A DNA stretch of 64,000 bases from Candidatus Omnitrophota bacterium (GCA_018826075.1 JAHKAJ010000015.1:15091-79090), one strand, 5' to 3'. Shown: positions 50,186-60,208, counted from the first letter of the stretch. Notes: generated by a model not told the origin, from the sequence alone. A program made the numbers and translations.

Positions 50186-51246
50186 TGCTTAATTATGGTT
50201 GAATTGCTAGCTATCTTTTCAGCCGCTAAAACATCCTTGTCAACATCTGCCCAAGACTGATGATCAGGAGCATAGTAAATTATCTGACTACCTAAAGTAT
50301 CAAACTTAAAAGGAACATAGAGTAACTCACCCAAAGCCTTTCTTACCTGAGGCTGAAGCTCAGGTTTAACAAAAAATAAAATAAACCCTCCACCACCGGC
50401 TCCCAAAAGTTTTCCGCCGCTGGCTCCGGCTCTGATAGCGCTTTCATATATTTCATCAATAACCGGAGTTGAGATCTTAGAAGTTAAACTCCTTTTTAAC
50501 ATCCAATTTTCATTAAGTAACTTACCAAACTCATCATAGCTATCTTTGCTTTGATTTAAAATATCCATTGCTGCAGCCACCATCTCATGCATAGCTGAAA
50601 GTTCCTTCTTTTTATTGGCCGTTTTTCTTATTTGCTCTTCGGCAATTTCAGAAGCAGTTCTTGAAAAACCAGTAAAAAACAACATTAGATGCTTTTGAAA
50701 ATGTTGCATTTTCTCAAGATCTACAGTTACCGGCTGAACTTCAATGTTATGGCTGTTAAAGGTAATTTCATTAAATCCGCCGAACGCGGCGATGGTTTGA
50801 TCTTGTGAACCAACATGCTCTTTGATTCGCTCCTGCTCAATGTGAATAGCTTCAAGCGCCAGCTGCTTCTTAGTTATCATATTGCCTTTTAAAGCATATA
50901 AAGCATTAAGCAAGCCTACGGTAAAAGATGAACTTGAGCCAAGACCGGTTCTAGCCGGCAAATCGCCATCATGATGTATTTCTACCCCCTTATCTAAATT
51001 CATAAAACCTAAACATTCCCTAACTGAGGGGTGTTTTATCTGAGAAAGCTTTTTTACTGCCTCGCGTTCTGAATAGACTATTCTATATTTATAACCAAAA
51101 AATGGCGGAAGGTACCGACAAGTTACATAACAATACTTATTAATTGAAGCTGAAATCACGGAGCCTTCATTTTCCTTATACCAAACCGGGTAATCAGTCC
51201 CTCCGCCAAAAAACGAAATTCTGAATGGAGTTCTGCTTATAATCAT
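50182..51246 (-). CDS. GHMP sugar kinase (HddA-like heptose-7-P kinase).
   Basis: IISRTPFRISFFGGGTDYP; GHMP motif PxGSGLGSSSS, here ARTGLGSSSS. Confidence 0.7.
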   Translation of the reverse strand: MIISRTPFRISFFGGGTDYPVWYKENEGSVISASINKYCYVTCRYLPPFFGYKYRIVYSEREAVKKLSQIKHPSVRECLGFMNLDKGVEIHHDGDLPARTGLGSSSSFTVGLLNALYALKGNMITKKQLALEAIHIEQERIKEHVGSQDQTIAAFGGFNEITFNSHNIEVQPVTVDLEKMQHFQKHLMLFFTGFSRTASEIAEEQIRKTANKKKELSAMHEMVAAAMDILNQSKDSYDEFGKLLNENWMLKRSLTSKISTPVIDEIYESAIRAGASGGKLLGAGGGGFILFFVKPELQPQVRKALGELLYVPFKFDTLGSQIIYYAPDHQSWADVDKDVLAAEKIASNSTIIKQ

Positions 51247-52217
51247 TTTGCCCCCACCATAGCTCTACAAGCTTCTTTAATCCGGTTTAGGATGCTGATT
51301 GTGTCTATCTGATTTATTTTATAGAGATGGTCACGGCCGCCAAGTTCAAAAACATACCTATCTTGGAAACCTAAACCTTTAAAGAAAACATTAGCTTGCC
51401 GATCATTTAAAATATTTAAAATCGCTGAATCCAGCCCGCCTTTTTTAATAAAAGCCTCTTCCAAAGTAATTACATATTTATAGTTCTTTAGAGTTTCAAA
51501 AATCAAATCTTCGTTCAAGGGTTTAATCAAAAGCATATCCAATAATCCGCAGTTAATACCTTGATTGCTAAGCTCCTCCACTACTTCACGAGCCTTGTGG
51601 GTCATGTAGCCGGTTGAAACTAAACAAACATTTTCACCTTTCTTAAGTTCATAAAATCCTCTTTCTAAATCCTCAAAAGTAATCGTATCGTAAATTTGCG
51701 GCAAGGGTTTGGCATCGAGCCGAAAGTATTTTGGTTTTTTAACCTTAAAAGAATATTCAGCCAAAGCCTTAGTTGCTACCCAATCACTGGGAGAAGCCAC
51801 AATAAAGTTAGGTAAAACTCGCATTAAAGCAATGTCCTCAAGACAATGGTGACTGGGTCCGGAGACATCATAACTTATCCCTGAACCAACTCCGACTAAA
51901 TTTATATTTAACTCCTTAGTTTGAGCAAGCAAAGATAAGTTATTTCTATTCTGTTCAAAAGCCCGCATAATTAAAAACGGTGCAATAGCATAAGCATAGA
52001 CGATGTAACCTTCCAAAGCCAACCCGGTTGAGATGTTAATTAAATTCTGCTCGGCAATTCCCACATTGATAAACCGGTCACTAAAATCTGCTCTCACTTT
52101 ATCGAGAACCGACGAACCAAAATCAGCCGATAAAAAGAAAATACTCTCATCTTTGGTCATTCGCTGATAAATCTGCTCAATAAAAGCATCACGCATTGTC
52201 TTCTTGCTAGGATTCAT
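51243..52217 (-). CDS. Transketolase, C-terminal (pyrimidine-binding) subunit.
   Basis: FLSADFGSS...INVGIAEQNLI. Confidence 0.75.
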   Translation of the reverse strand: MNPSKKTMRDAFIEQIYQRMTKDESIFFLSADFGSSVLDKVRADFSDRFINVGIAEQNLINISTGLALEGYIVYAYAIAPFLIMRAFEQNRNNLSLLAQTKELNINLVGVGSGISYDVSGPSHHCLEDIALMRVLPNFIVASPSDWVATKALAEYSFKVKKPKYFRLDAKPLPQIYDTITFEDLERGFYELKKGENVCLVSTGYMTHKAREVVEELSNQGINCGLLDMLLIKPLNEDLIFETLKNYKYVITLEEAFIKKGGLDSAILNILNDRQANVFFKGLGFQDRYVFELGGRDHLYKINQIDTISILNRIKEACRAMVGAK

Positions 52218-53029
52218 AAGCTCGATTCCTCAACTAGAGCATCAACCTCTTGGGCCGAAAGAGACCGAACATGGCAAAGACTATCATTTTCTAATTTAGG
52301 GACCCCTTTTCCTTTTTTGGTTTGAGCAATAATGAGCTTAGGCTTAGAGTTTCTGTCTTTTTTGGCTTTCAGCAAAACTTCCTGCATTACCGCTGGGTTA
52401 TGACCGTCAACTTCTTGAGTCATCCAACCAAAAGCCTTAAATTTATCGGCTAAGGGAGTTAAATCAAGTATTTTACTGCAATAATCAAGCATGCAAATCT
52501 TATTGTTATCAATAATTAAAATTAGATTATCCAACTTATGATAGCCGGCAAACATAACTGCCTCCCAAACTGAACCTTCATAAAGCTCTCCATCACCAAG
52601 AACAACAAAAACGCTCTCAAGCCTATTCTTTCTCTTTAAACCTATAGCTACTCCTGAAGCCACGCCTAGGCCGTGGCCTAGGGAACCATTTATAGTTTCA
52701 TAGCCAGGAATCAGGGTGTCGGGGATACCACCCAAGAACGAGCCTTCCTTGCAAACAGTTAAAAGTTCTTTTTTATCAAAAAATCCTAAATCAGCTAAAA
52801 TCGGATATAAACAGATTGAACCATGGCCTTTGCTGACTATCAACCGGTCTCTGTCTTCGGCCCTAAGGTTTGTCGGGTCATATTTCAATACTTTGCCATA
52901 ATACAGAGCCACAAAAAGCTCAACACTGGATAACGAAGAGGCAATCCGGGTCTCAGGAGCTAACTTATGCACCTTTAAAGTTTCTTTACGCACCCAATTA
53001 GACTTTTCAACTAAGAAATTTGGCTGCAT
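52214..53029 (-). CDS. Transketolase, N-terminal (TPP-binding) subunit.
   Basis: GHGSICLYP...LGDGELYEGSVWEA. Confidence 0.75.
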   Translation of the reverse strand: MQPNFLVEKSNWVRKETLKVHKLAPETRIASSLSSVELFVALYYGKVLKYDPTNLRAEDRDRLIVSKGHGSICLYPILADLGFFDKKELLTVCKEGSFLGGIPDTLIPGYETINGSLGHGLGVASGVAIGLKRKNRLESVFVVLGDGELYEGSVWEAVMFAGYHKLDNLILIIDNNKICMLDYCSKILDLTPLADKFKAFGWMTQEVDGHNPAVMQEVLLKAKKDRNSKPKLIIAQTKKGKGVPKLENDSLCHVRSLSAQEVDALVEESSL

Positions 53030-54516
53030 TCTAATGGATCCTCAAACAGCTTCCGGTTTAGTTTATGTTCCAACATCTGCTTTATATGTTCAAGCGTAGG
53101 TTGACCGAATTTTTCCTCAACCATCTTAAGATATCTAGGATTTTTATAATACTCATCAAAGGCCCGGTCTCTAAAACTTAACACCTCTTTGGCCGAAATA
53201 TGCTTAGTAGCCAAAGGAATAGTTTCTCGACTAATCTGTGAATATTCGAGCCAATTAGAAGAAAGTTTAATTCCCTGCTTTAGGGACTCCTGATAAAGCC
53301 TTGAACCAGGATAAGCCATGGTGGTGTAAAAATTAATATATTCGCAATTAAGCTCTTTTGCTAAATCTAAAGTCTCCTGCATTGATTCTAAATCATCATC
53401 GGGAAGGCCAAACATAAAATTACCGATTATGTTAATTCCTGCATCTTTGGTCATTTCAACCACTCTTTTTATTGCCGCCTGATCAAACCTACCCTTGGAA
53501 ACTTCCTCACGCACTTTTCTGCTAGCAGCTTCGATTCCATAAGCTAACCAATTTACTCCGGCTTTTTTTAACTTGTTCAAAATAGCTTCATCAACTGTAT
53601 CAATTCTGGCATAAGCCCAAATATTTAAATCATAGTTACGCTCAATCAATAAATCACAAAATTGGTTAACTCTTTCCTTATTAAGAACAAAAAGTTCATC
53701 AAGAATTTTAAAGTTTTTAACAGCATACTTCTTTACTAAAAAATCTATCTCTTCAACTACTTTTGAAATACTGCGATAACGTATTCCCGGTTGCCCATTG
53801 TACAACGCCCTGATATTGCAATATTTACAGTCAAAAGGACAACCCAAACTAGTATAGATAACTGCATAAGGACTGCGTTGATTGACATGGTCAAAACAAT
53901 GCCAATTGTGAGCACGGTATTTATCCATCGGCAAAAGATCCCAGGCAATAAACCCCAACTCATCTAAATCTTTAATTAAATCTGCCCAACCATTAGCAAT
54001 AACTTTCCCGTTTTTTACATACCAAAGACCTTTAATCAAAAGATCTCCCATTTCCTGATCAGTTTTCAATGTTTTTAAAAGTTCTAAAATCGGATAGAAA
54101 CTTTCTCCCCGACAAACAAAATCAACTGCTTCCTCCTTGAGAGTTTTCTCAGGCAAAGCTGAAACGTGAATACCATAGGCGACGGTCTTACCCTTAAGCT
54201 GCTTTGCTTTAAGCAGTTTTAAAACCTGACTGGCTGCGGCCATCTTAGGTGTTGATGCCGCCGATGGATTAGCCCCTATTGTACCAACGCCAATCAAAAT
54301 TGGATCGCAAGCAACGATTCTTTCAACGATCTCTTGAGTACTTAACTTTTCTGCATCAGCATCTATAATTGCGACTTCAAATCCCTTGTCGCGAATAAAA
54401 CTGGCTAACAAACCTGTCCATACTGGAGGTTCGATTCCAGAAAAAACCTCACTCAGTTTTCCATATGTGACTTTTTTATTGCCGGGATTTATTAGTAAAA
54501 GGTCTGGCTTATTCAT
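53011..54516 (-). CDS. B12-binding radical-SAM enzyme (class B).
   Basis: B12-binding N-terminal domain and SLGCPFDCKYCN. Confidence 0.75.
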   Translation of the reverse strand: MNKPDLLLINPGNKKVTYGKLSEVFSGIEPPVWTGLLASFIRDKGFEVAIIDADAEKLSTQEIVERIVACDPILIGVGTIGANPSAASTPKMAAASQVLKLLKAKQLKGKTVAYGIHVSALPEKTLKEEAVDFVCRGESFYPILELLKTLKTDQEMGDLLIKGLWYVKNGKVIANGWADLIKDLDELGFIAWDLLPMDKYRAHNWHCFDHVNQRSPYAVIYTSLGCPFDCKYCNIRALYNGQPGIRYRSISKVVEEIDFLVKKYAVKNFKILDELFVLNKERVNQFCDLLIERNYDLNIWAYARIDTVDEAILNKLKKAGVNWLAYGIEAASRKVREEVSKGRFDQAAIKRVVEMTKDAGINIIGNFMFGLPDDDLESMQETLDLAKELNCEYINFYTTMAYPGSRLYQESLKQGIKLSSNWLEYSQISRETIPLATKHISAKEVLSFRDRAFDEYYKNPRYLKMVEEKFGQPTLEHIKQMLEHKLNRKLFEDPLECSQIS

Positions 54517-54525
54517 TGAGCTCCT

Positions 54526-55458
54526 CTAAACGTTAGAATATTGATTCCTTTTTATAATCTGATATCCTTTTATCAATTCAGCAATTCCATCTTGGAGTGA
54601 AACATCAGGTTTTAATCCGGTAGCTTCGATTTTTTCATTACTAACAATATAGTCTCTTTTGTCGGGATCTTCGCCGATATCGGCTTCAACAAAATAAAAA
54701 TCAGGGAGTTGCTTCTTAATCTCCTGGCATAACTCTCCTTTGCTTAAATTAGCATCACTCAAACCTACGTTATAAGCCTGATTTTTCATAGTTTCAAAAT
54801 TACCTAAAGCATGAATAAAAGCCTTAGCCACATCACGAACATGGATATAATTTCTTTTGAAATGAGCCTGAAAAAGAACTATGAACTTATCGTTTACAGC
54901 TCGGTAAACAAAGTCATTAACTAAAAGATCGAGGCGCATTCGGGGGCTAACTCCAAAAGCAGTGGCTAAACGTAAAGTAATGACATTTCCAGATTCAAGC
55001 AGCATTTTTTCAGTTTCTACCTTTAACTTTCCATAAAGCGAAACCGGCCTTAAAGGAGTTTCCTCGGTACAAAAAATGTCTTTTTGGCCTATACCATAAC
55101 CACTATTGGTGGTTGGGTAGACGATAGTCTGATTTTGGCTACGTAAATCCAATATTAGCTTCACTGCGTCAAGAATAACGCTCCTGGCCACTAAAGGGTC
55201 TTTCTCGCAAAGCGGAGCGCCAGTAAGACAAGCTAAAGGAATAATAGCCTCCACTCCTTTCATGCTCTCGGAAATTATGCTTTTATCTCTGGCGTCACCA
55301 CGGATAATGGTTAATTTTTTATGATTGCAGCAATCTAGAAGTGAAGACTGATTATACATAAAGTTATCAACTACTCTTACTTCATGGCCATTATTAAGTA
55401 ATTGAGGAACTAATACTGATCCTATATAACCGGCCCCGCCAGTAACTACTATTCTCAT
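54526..55458 (-). CDS. NAD-dependent NDP-sugar epimerase/reductase (extended SDR).
   Basis: RIVVTGGAGYIGS and YGKLK. Confidence 0.7.
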   Translation of the reverse strand: MRIVVTGGAGYIGSVLVPQLLNNGHEVRVVDNFMYNQSSLLDCCNHKKLTIIRGDARDKSIISESMKGVEAIIPLACLTGAPLCEKDPLVARSVILDAVKLILDLRSQNQTIVYPTTNSGYGIGQKDIFCTEETPLRPVSLYGKLKVETEKMLLESGNVITLRLATAFGVSPRMRLDLLVNDFVYRAVNDKFIVLFQAHFKRNYIHVRDVAKAFIHALGNFETMKNQAYNVGLSDANLSKGELCQEIKKQLPDFYFVEADIGEDPDKRDYIVSNEKIEATGLKPDVSLQDGIAELIKGYQIIKRNQYSNV

Positions 55459-56423
55459 ATTTTCTTAACCCCCGTTTCAGCTTCATTGTTTGATAGTTTA
55501 ACCGCCGTTTGATAACCAAGATAGGTCTTAGCAATTCCTTCCTCTAGCGATGTTTTCGGCAGCCAGCCTAATTTTCTTATTTTTGTAGCATCTAAAGACT
55601 TCTCAGGAGCTCCGTCAGGTTTTGTGTTGTCAAAGATAAGTTCTCCTTTGTACCCGACAATATCTTTTATAACCATAGCTAATTCTTTTATCGAGATATT
55701 TTCTCCTGAGCCAAGGTTAATTGCTGTCGAACCATTATAACTAGTTATCAAAAAAATAGCCGCCTTGGCAACATCATCAATAAAAACAAATTCTCTTCTC
55801 GGATTACCACTTCCCCAAACAATCACCGAATCAAAATTATTAATCTTAGCTTGATGAAATTTATCAATTAAAGCCGGAAGCACATGTGAATCTTGAGAAC
55901 CAAAATGATCATCAGGACCATAAATATTTGAAGGTATAATACAGATAAAACTTGTTTTATACTGACGATTATAAGCCTCACACATTTTAACCCCGGCAAT
56001 TTTAGCTATAGCATAAGGTTCACTGGTTGACTCTAGGCGCCCTGTCAGCAGGTTATCTTCATTCATCGGCTGAAGGCAATGCTTAGGATACATGCAAGCA
56101 CTGCCAAAGAATAAAAGCTTTTTAACTCCCGAAGCGTATGCCGAATGGATGGTATTGGTCTGGATCATAAGGTTCTCGTAGATAAAATCTGCTGGATAGC
56201 TACTGTTTGCACCGATTCCACCGACCCGGGCAGCAGCTAAAAATACATAATCGGGCCTCTCCTGACTGAAAAATCTTTCAACTTCTATCTGCCGAGTAAG
56301 ATCCAATTCTTGATGGCTTCTGGTTAGTAGATTGGTATAGCCTTTTTTATTAAGTTCACGAACTAAGGATTTTCCGACTAATCCTGTGTGTCCGGCAACA
56401 TAAATCCTAGCCTGTTTTTCCAT
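55455..56423 (-). CDS. GDP-L-fucose synthase-like (Fcl/WcaG) 3,5-epimerase/4-reductase.
   Basis: RIYVAGHTGLVGKSLVREL...FLAAARVGGIGANSSYPADFIYENLMIQTN closely matches Fcl. No GMD-like gene was recognised nearby. Confidence 0.75.
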   Translation of the reverse strand: MEKQARIYVAGHTGLVGKSLVRELNKKGYTNLLTRSHQELDLTRQIEVERFFSQERPDYVFLAAARVGGIGANSSYPADFIYENLMIQTNTIHSAYASGVKKLLFFGSACMYPKHCLQPMNEDNLLTGRLESTSEPYAIAKIAGVKMCEAYNRQYKTSFICIIPSNIYGPDDHFGSQDSHVLPALIDKFHQAKINNFDSVIVWGSGNPRREFVFIDDVAKAAIFLITSYNGSTAINLGSGENISIKELAMVIKDIVGYKGELIFDNTKPDGAPEKSLDATKIRKLGWLPKTSLEEGIAKTYLGYQTAVKLSNNEAETGVKKI

Positions 56424-56427
56424 AAAT

Positions 56428-58404
56428 CTAAATACCCAACTTCTCTTCAGTCCAGGTCCGTTTTTCCTTATACCACTGGACAGTATTTTTTATTCCGGTT
56501 TTAAAATCTACCTGGGTTGAGAAACCCAAAGCCGAGATCTTTGATGAATCCAGGCAATAGCGAAAATCATGGCCTGGACGGTCAGTGACAAAATCAATAC
56601 AGTCTTTATCTTTTCCCAATAGTTTTAAGATCTCTCTGGCTAAATCGATATTTCTTTTCTCAACCCCTGAGCCTAAGTTATAGACTTCGCCAAGCTTTCC
56701 CTTGTCCATGACCAAAGCAATACCCCGGACACAATCGGTAACATAAAGCCATTCGCGTTTATTCAATCCTTGAGCATAGACCGGAATTTTTCTATCGGCT
56801 AAAACACTGGAGATCGCCACCGGGATAAACTTTTCCGGGTATTGCCAGGGGCCGTAATTATTGGAAGGCCTGATGGTCACTGCCGGAAAACCATAAGTCC
56901 GGACATAGGCTCGAACTAGGAAATCTGCGGCAGCCTTAGAAGCTGAATACGGCGAATTAGGCGCCAAAGGATGATTTTCCTTAAACTTACCTTTTTCAAT
57001 ATCACCGTAAACTTCATCGGTGGAAATATGGACAAACCTCTTTACCTTATATTTGCGGGCGCAGGCTAAAAGGTTAAGAGTACCCCGGACATTGACTTCT
57101 TCAAAAATAAACGGGTCTCTGATTGAATTATCGACATGGGTATTATGACAAACTACATTTCCTATTCCACAAACGAAATTGTGGCTCTTCTCTACTTCCA
57201 GATCATAAACCCAACCTTCATATTGAATTTCCTGTTTTTTTCTCTTCACCAATCCATAATGCTGGCCAGATAATTCAGTCTTAAACTCCCAGCTTCTTTT
57301 ATAGTTCTTTCTATCGCATTCAAAAACTTTGAATTTTTTTCCTTGTAATGTTAAAAGGAGGCTGATTTGATTCGTTAATTTGTAAGAAGTAGTCGAATAC
57401 CTGCCATCTTTAGTGCCATCACCTTCGAGTAACTTACTCCAAAAAAAACTCCGTTGATTAGCTTCTAAATCAAAAATCCAATCTGGGAAGAATTTTCCAT
57501 CACAATATTTTCCACAATTTTTTATTAAATAATTGAAAAACTTTTTATTGGACACCTGTAAATAAAACACATCTTTATGCTGTTTATTTTTATGCTTACC
57601 GATATAGCATTTTAACGAAAATTCTTTTCTAATTAGTTCTCCTATATGTTCAATCCATCCCTTGTTAGCTTGATTAATTTCTATGATATATCCGCCATTA
57701 GCCTTATTGAAAGTCGCATTTCCTTCTGTTATATAGGCTGCTAGAATTTCCAAAAGTGCCAAGCTTTTTCTCTTATTCCTTTTTTTTATTTCATTTATTT
57801 CTCTAATAACCAATAACTCCGGGTTAGTGTGCGGATTAGTCAACTCAAGACTTGAACTATAAATAGAATGGTTTGGAGTTGCTTTTATAACTCCATGCTT
57901 CTGAATTAGTTTTATAATCTTACCTTTATACCTATGTCGAGTAATTGCTTTGACTGGCATCCATTGGCCACCATTCAGAAAACTTAAAATTTTCGTCTGC
58001 TTGCCTCTTAAAAATATCGCTTCCCCCTTTTCGTTCTTTATGGGCTTATTATTTTTAGCCTGTTCTTTCCACAGCTCACCAAAGGTAATTGTTCTTGTCC
58101 CTATCCTGGGGACAGATTGAACTGGGACATAAATATCCTCGGGAATGCTTTCAGCCGCTAAATGTACCACCGTGTCTATAGGATGTGGAAAAATCTCTTC
58201 AATGTCAGAAATATTTCTTAAATCAGCCTTGATAAAATGATAACTTTTATTTTTGGAAACATCTTTCAAGCGGGCTAAATCTCCGGCGTAACTTAAATTA
58301 TCCAGGTTAAAGACGTTACAGTCGCGCTTATTTTCTAAAAGATAACGCACAAAATGCGATCCAATAAACCCTAAACCACCGGTAACTAAAATATTTTTAG
58401 CCAT
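56428..58404 (-). CDS. rmlB: dTDP-glucose 4,6-dehydratase (RmlB) interrupted by an intein.
   Basis: ILVTGGLGFIGSHF...HLAAE|intein|THVDNSI...YSASKAA.... The protein is 658 aa against about 320-350 for RmlB. Confidence 0.8.
   Translation of the reverse strand: MAKNILVTGGLGFIGSHFVRYLLENKRDCNVFNLDNLSYAGDLARLKDVSKNKSYHFIKADLRNISDIEEIFPHPIDTVVHLAAESIPEDIYVPVQSVPRIGTRTITFGELWKEQAKNNKPIKNEKGEAIFLRGKQTKILSFLNGGQWMPVKAITRHRYKGKIIKLIQKHGVIKATPNHSIYSSSLELTNPHTNPELLVIREINEIKKRNKRKSLALLEILAAYITEGNATFNKANGGYIIEINQANKGWIEHIGELIRKEFSLKCYIGKHKNKQHKDVFYLQVSNKKFFNYLIKNCGKYCDGKFFPDWIFDLEANQRSFFWSKLLEGDGTKDGRYSTTSYKLTNQISLLLTLQGKKFKVFECDRKNYKRSWEFKTELSGQHYGLVKRKKQEIQYEGWVYDLEVEKSHNFVCGIGNVVCHNTHVDNSIRDPFIFEEVNVRGTLNLLACARKYKVKRFVHISTDEVYGDIEKGKFKENHPLAPNSPYSASKAAADFLVRAYVRTYGFPAVTIRPSNNYGPWQYPEKFIPVAISSVLADRKIPVYAQGLNKREWLYVTDCVRGIALVMDKGKLGEVYNLGSGVEKRNIDLAREILKLLGKDKDCIDFVTDRPGHDFRYCLDSSKISALGFSTQVDFKTGIKNTVQWYKEKRTWTEEKLGI
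57142..58149 (-). mobile_element. Intein (about 336 aa) with a LAGLIDADG-type homing endonuclease, inserted in the RmlB HLAAE-S/THVD active-site region.
   Basis: Ser1 is residue 86 (codon 58147..58149). Block B reads GVIKATPNHSIY. The LAGLIDADG-like motifs are LALLEILAAYITEGNA and FFWSKLLEGDGTKDGRY. The C-terminal blocks F and G read GWVYDLEVEKSHNFVCGIGNVVCHN, ending at Asn421 (57142..57144), followed by Thr+1. Confidence 0.7.
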
Positions 58405-58957
58405 AGTTAAATCCTACATCGGCATCCTGCAAAGTAGGCCATTTTTTATCCCGTTCTGACAGAATCGGTTCTAAGCTGGGCCAGTGGACATCAATGGTCC
58501 GGTCTGACCAGATGATCCCCCGGTCGTCAGCCGGAGAATACTCATTGCTACAGCTATAGATGACTTCGCTGTTTTCCTCAAGGGTACAGAAACCGTGAGC
58601 AAAACCTTCGGGGATATAAAGCATAGCCTGATTTTTAGTCGAAAGCACAGCTGAAACCCAACGGCCAAAAGTAGCTGAACCCCGCCTGATATCCACTGCT
58701 ACATCAAGGATGCCTCCCGAAACCACCCTGACTAATTTTGCCTGCTGCATTGGTTTTTTCTGAAAATGTAAACCCCGGATCACTCCTTTAGCAAAAGTTT
58801 TAGAGTGATTCTCCTGAACAAACCGGTCTTTGATCCCGAATTTGGCAAAATCGCTTTCCTTATAGGTTTCCATAAAAAACCCCCGTTCATCGCCGATTAA
58901 GCGGGGCTTGATCAAGACCACTTCCGAGATTTCCAACCTTTTAAATTCAAAGGGCAT
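58397..58957 (-). CDS. rmlC: dTDP-4-dehydrorhamnose 3,5-epimerase (RmlC).
   Basis: Cupin-fold RmlC; ERGFFMETY; 186 aa. Confidence 0.8.
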   Translation of the reverse strand: MPFEFKRLEISEVVLIKPRLIGDERGFFMETYKESDFAKFGIKDRFVQENHSKTFAKGVIRGLHFQKKPMQQAKLVRVVSGGILDVAVDIRRGSATFGRWVSAVLSTKNQAMLYIPEGFAHGFCTLEENSEVIYSCSNEYSPADDRGIIWSDRTIDVHWPSLEPILSERDKKWPTLQDADVGFNYG

Positions 58958-58958
58958 T

Positions 58959-59828
58959 TTACTGTTCCTCAGCCAGAATGCTTAATAAATACTCTCCGTA
59001 ATTAGTGTTTACCTGTTTGGCTAATTGTCTTAACTGCCCGGCATTGATATAACCCATCCGAAAAGCTACTTCCTCGATACAGCCGACTTTTAAACCCTGG
59101 CGGTCTTCAATGGTCTTTATAAACATTGAAGCGTCGATTAAGGAATCATAGGTTCCGGTATCCAGCCAGGCATAGCCGCGGTTGAGAAATTTAGTTTTCA
59201 GTTTGCCGCGTTTAAGATATTCATTATTGACATCAGTGATCTCAAGCTCCCCCCGGGCTGAAGGCTTAAGAGCTTTGGCAATCTCGATTACTTTATTATC
59301 ATAAAAGTACAAACCGGTCACTGCCCAGTTTGATTTAGGATTGGCGGGTTTTTCTTTAAGCGCTGTAATATTTTTATTCTTGTCGAATTCGATTACTCCG
59401 TACCTCTCGGGATCTTTTACGTAATAACCGAAGATTACTCCACCCTCCGGTTCTGAAGCCGCTTCAACTAAAAGATCGGAAAGATTATGGCCATACAAAA
59501 CATTATCTCCTAAAATCAAACAAACCCGGTCTTGGCCGATAAACTCCTCGGCCAGAATAAAGGCCTGGGCTATACCTTCAGGCTTACTTTGAGCCAGGTA
59601 AGAAAATTTTACCCCTAAAGAACTTCCGTCACCCAAAAGATATTGAAAACGTTCAAGATCCCGGGGGGCTGAAATTATCAGAATATCCCTGATCCCGGCC
59701 AGCATTAAGACTGATAAAGGGTAATAAATAAGCGGCTTATCATAAACCGGCAGTAATTGTTTGCAGACCCCTTTAGTGATCGGATAAAGCCTGGTAGCAG
59801 TACCTCCGGCTAGAATTATTCCTTTCAT
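58959..59828 (-). CDS. rmlA: Glucose-1-phosphate thymidylyltransferase (RmlA).
   Basis: [37 protein letters not shown]. The ATG at 59826..59828 with a GGAGG SD is preferred over the track's TTG. Confidence 0.85.
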   Translation of the reverse strand: MKGIILAGGTATRLYPITKGVCKQLLPVYDKPLIYYPLSVLMLAGIRDILIISAPRDLERFQYLLGDGSSLGVKFSYLAQSKPEGIAQAFILAEEFIGQDRVCLILGDNVLYGHNLSDLLVEAASEPEGGVIFGYYVKDPERYGVIEFDKNKNITALKEKPANPKSNWAVTGLYFYDNKVIEIAKALKPSARGELEITDVNNEYLKRGKLKTKFLNRGYAWLDTGTYDSLIDASMFIKTIEDRQGLKVGCIEEVAFRMGYINAGQLRQLAKQVNTNYGEYLLSILAEEQ

Positions 59829-59830
59829 AA

Positions 59831-60208
59831 TCAAACCTCCGCCTTAATATCTTCAATCTCCTCTCCGTTAGCAATCAACTCCTGCTGTAACTTGCTCCAT
59901 TCGCTGCGCATCCGATTATATTCTTCCTCTTTTTTCTTTAAAAAGTGATAGGCAAGATGAATCTTCTGCTTTAAGCCGCTTTTAGTAAGAATATACCTTA
60001 CCTTACCCAACTTATCTTTGCCATGGGAGAAATTTCTGGCTTTGATCAGGTTTTTCTTGATTAGCGATTTTAGCAAGTAGTTAGTTTTACCCAAAGAGAT
60101 CTCAAGATGACTCGACACATCTCTCTGAGTTAAATCGTCTTGGCTGGATAAAAGACGCAGGATATTAAAAATATCCTCACCGAGAGTATATTTTTCTTCT
60201 TTCGCCAT
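59831..60208 (-). CDS. Small winged-helix (MarR/PadR-like) transcriptional regulator; first gene after the promoter.
   Basis: 125 aa, with a ...[30 protein letters not shown]... HTH-like segment and a C-terminal coiled-coil. Confidence 0.4.
   Translation of the reverse strand: MAKEEKYTLGEDIFNILRLLSSQDDLTQRDVSSHLEISLGKTNYLLKSLIKKNLIKARNFSHGKDKLGKVRYILTKSGLKQKIHLAYHFLKKKEEEYNRMRSEWSKLQQELIANGEEIEDIKAEV

Noticed and set aside
55455-56423. Straightforward GDP-L-fucose pathway (gmd plus fcl).
   Set aside because: No GDP-mannose 4,6-dehydratase motif (GITGQDGSYL-type) was found in the window. The enzyme is therefore annotated only as Fcl-like.
56428-58404. The 658-aa RmlB as a gene fusion or two-domain protein.
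   Set aside because: The extra 336 aa sit exactly inside a conserved catalytic motif and carry complete intein and LAGLIDADG blocks, so intein insertion is the better explanation.
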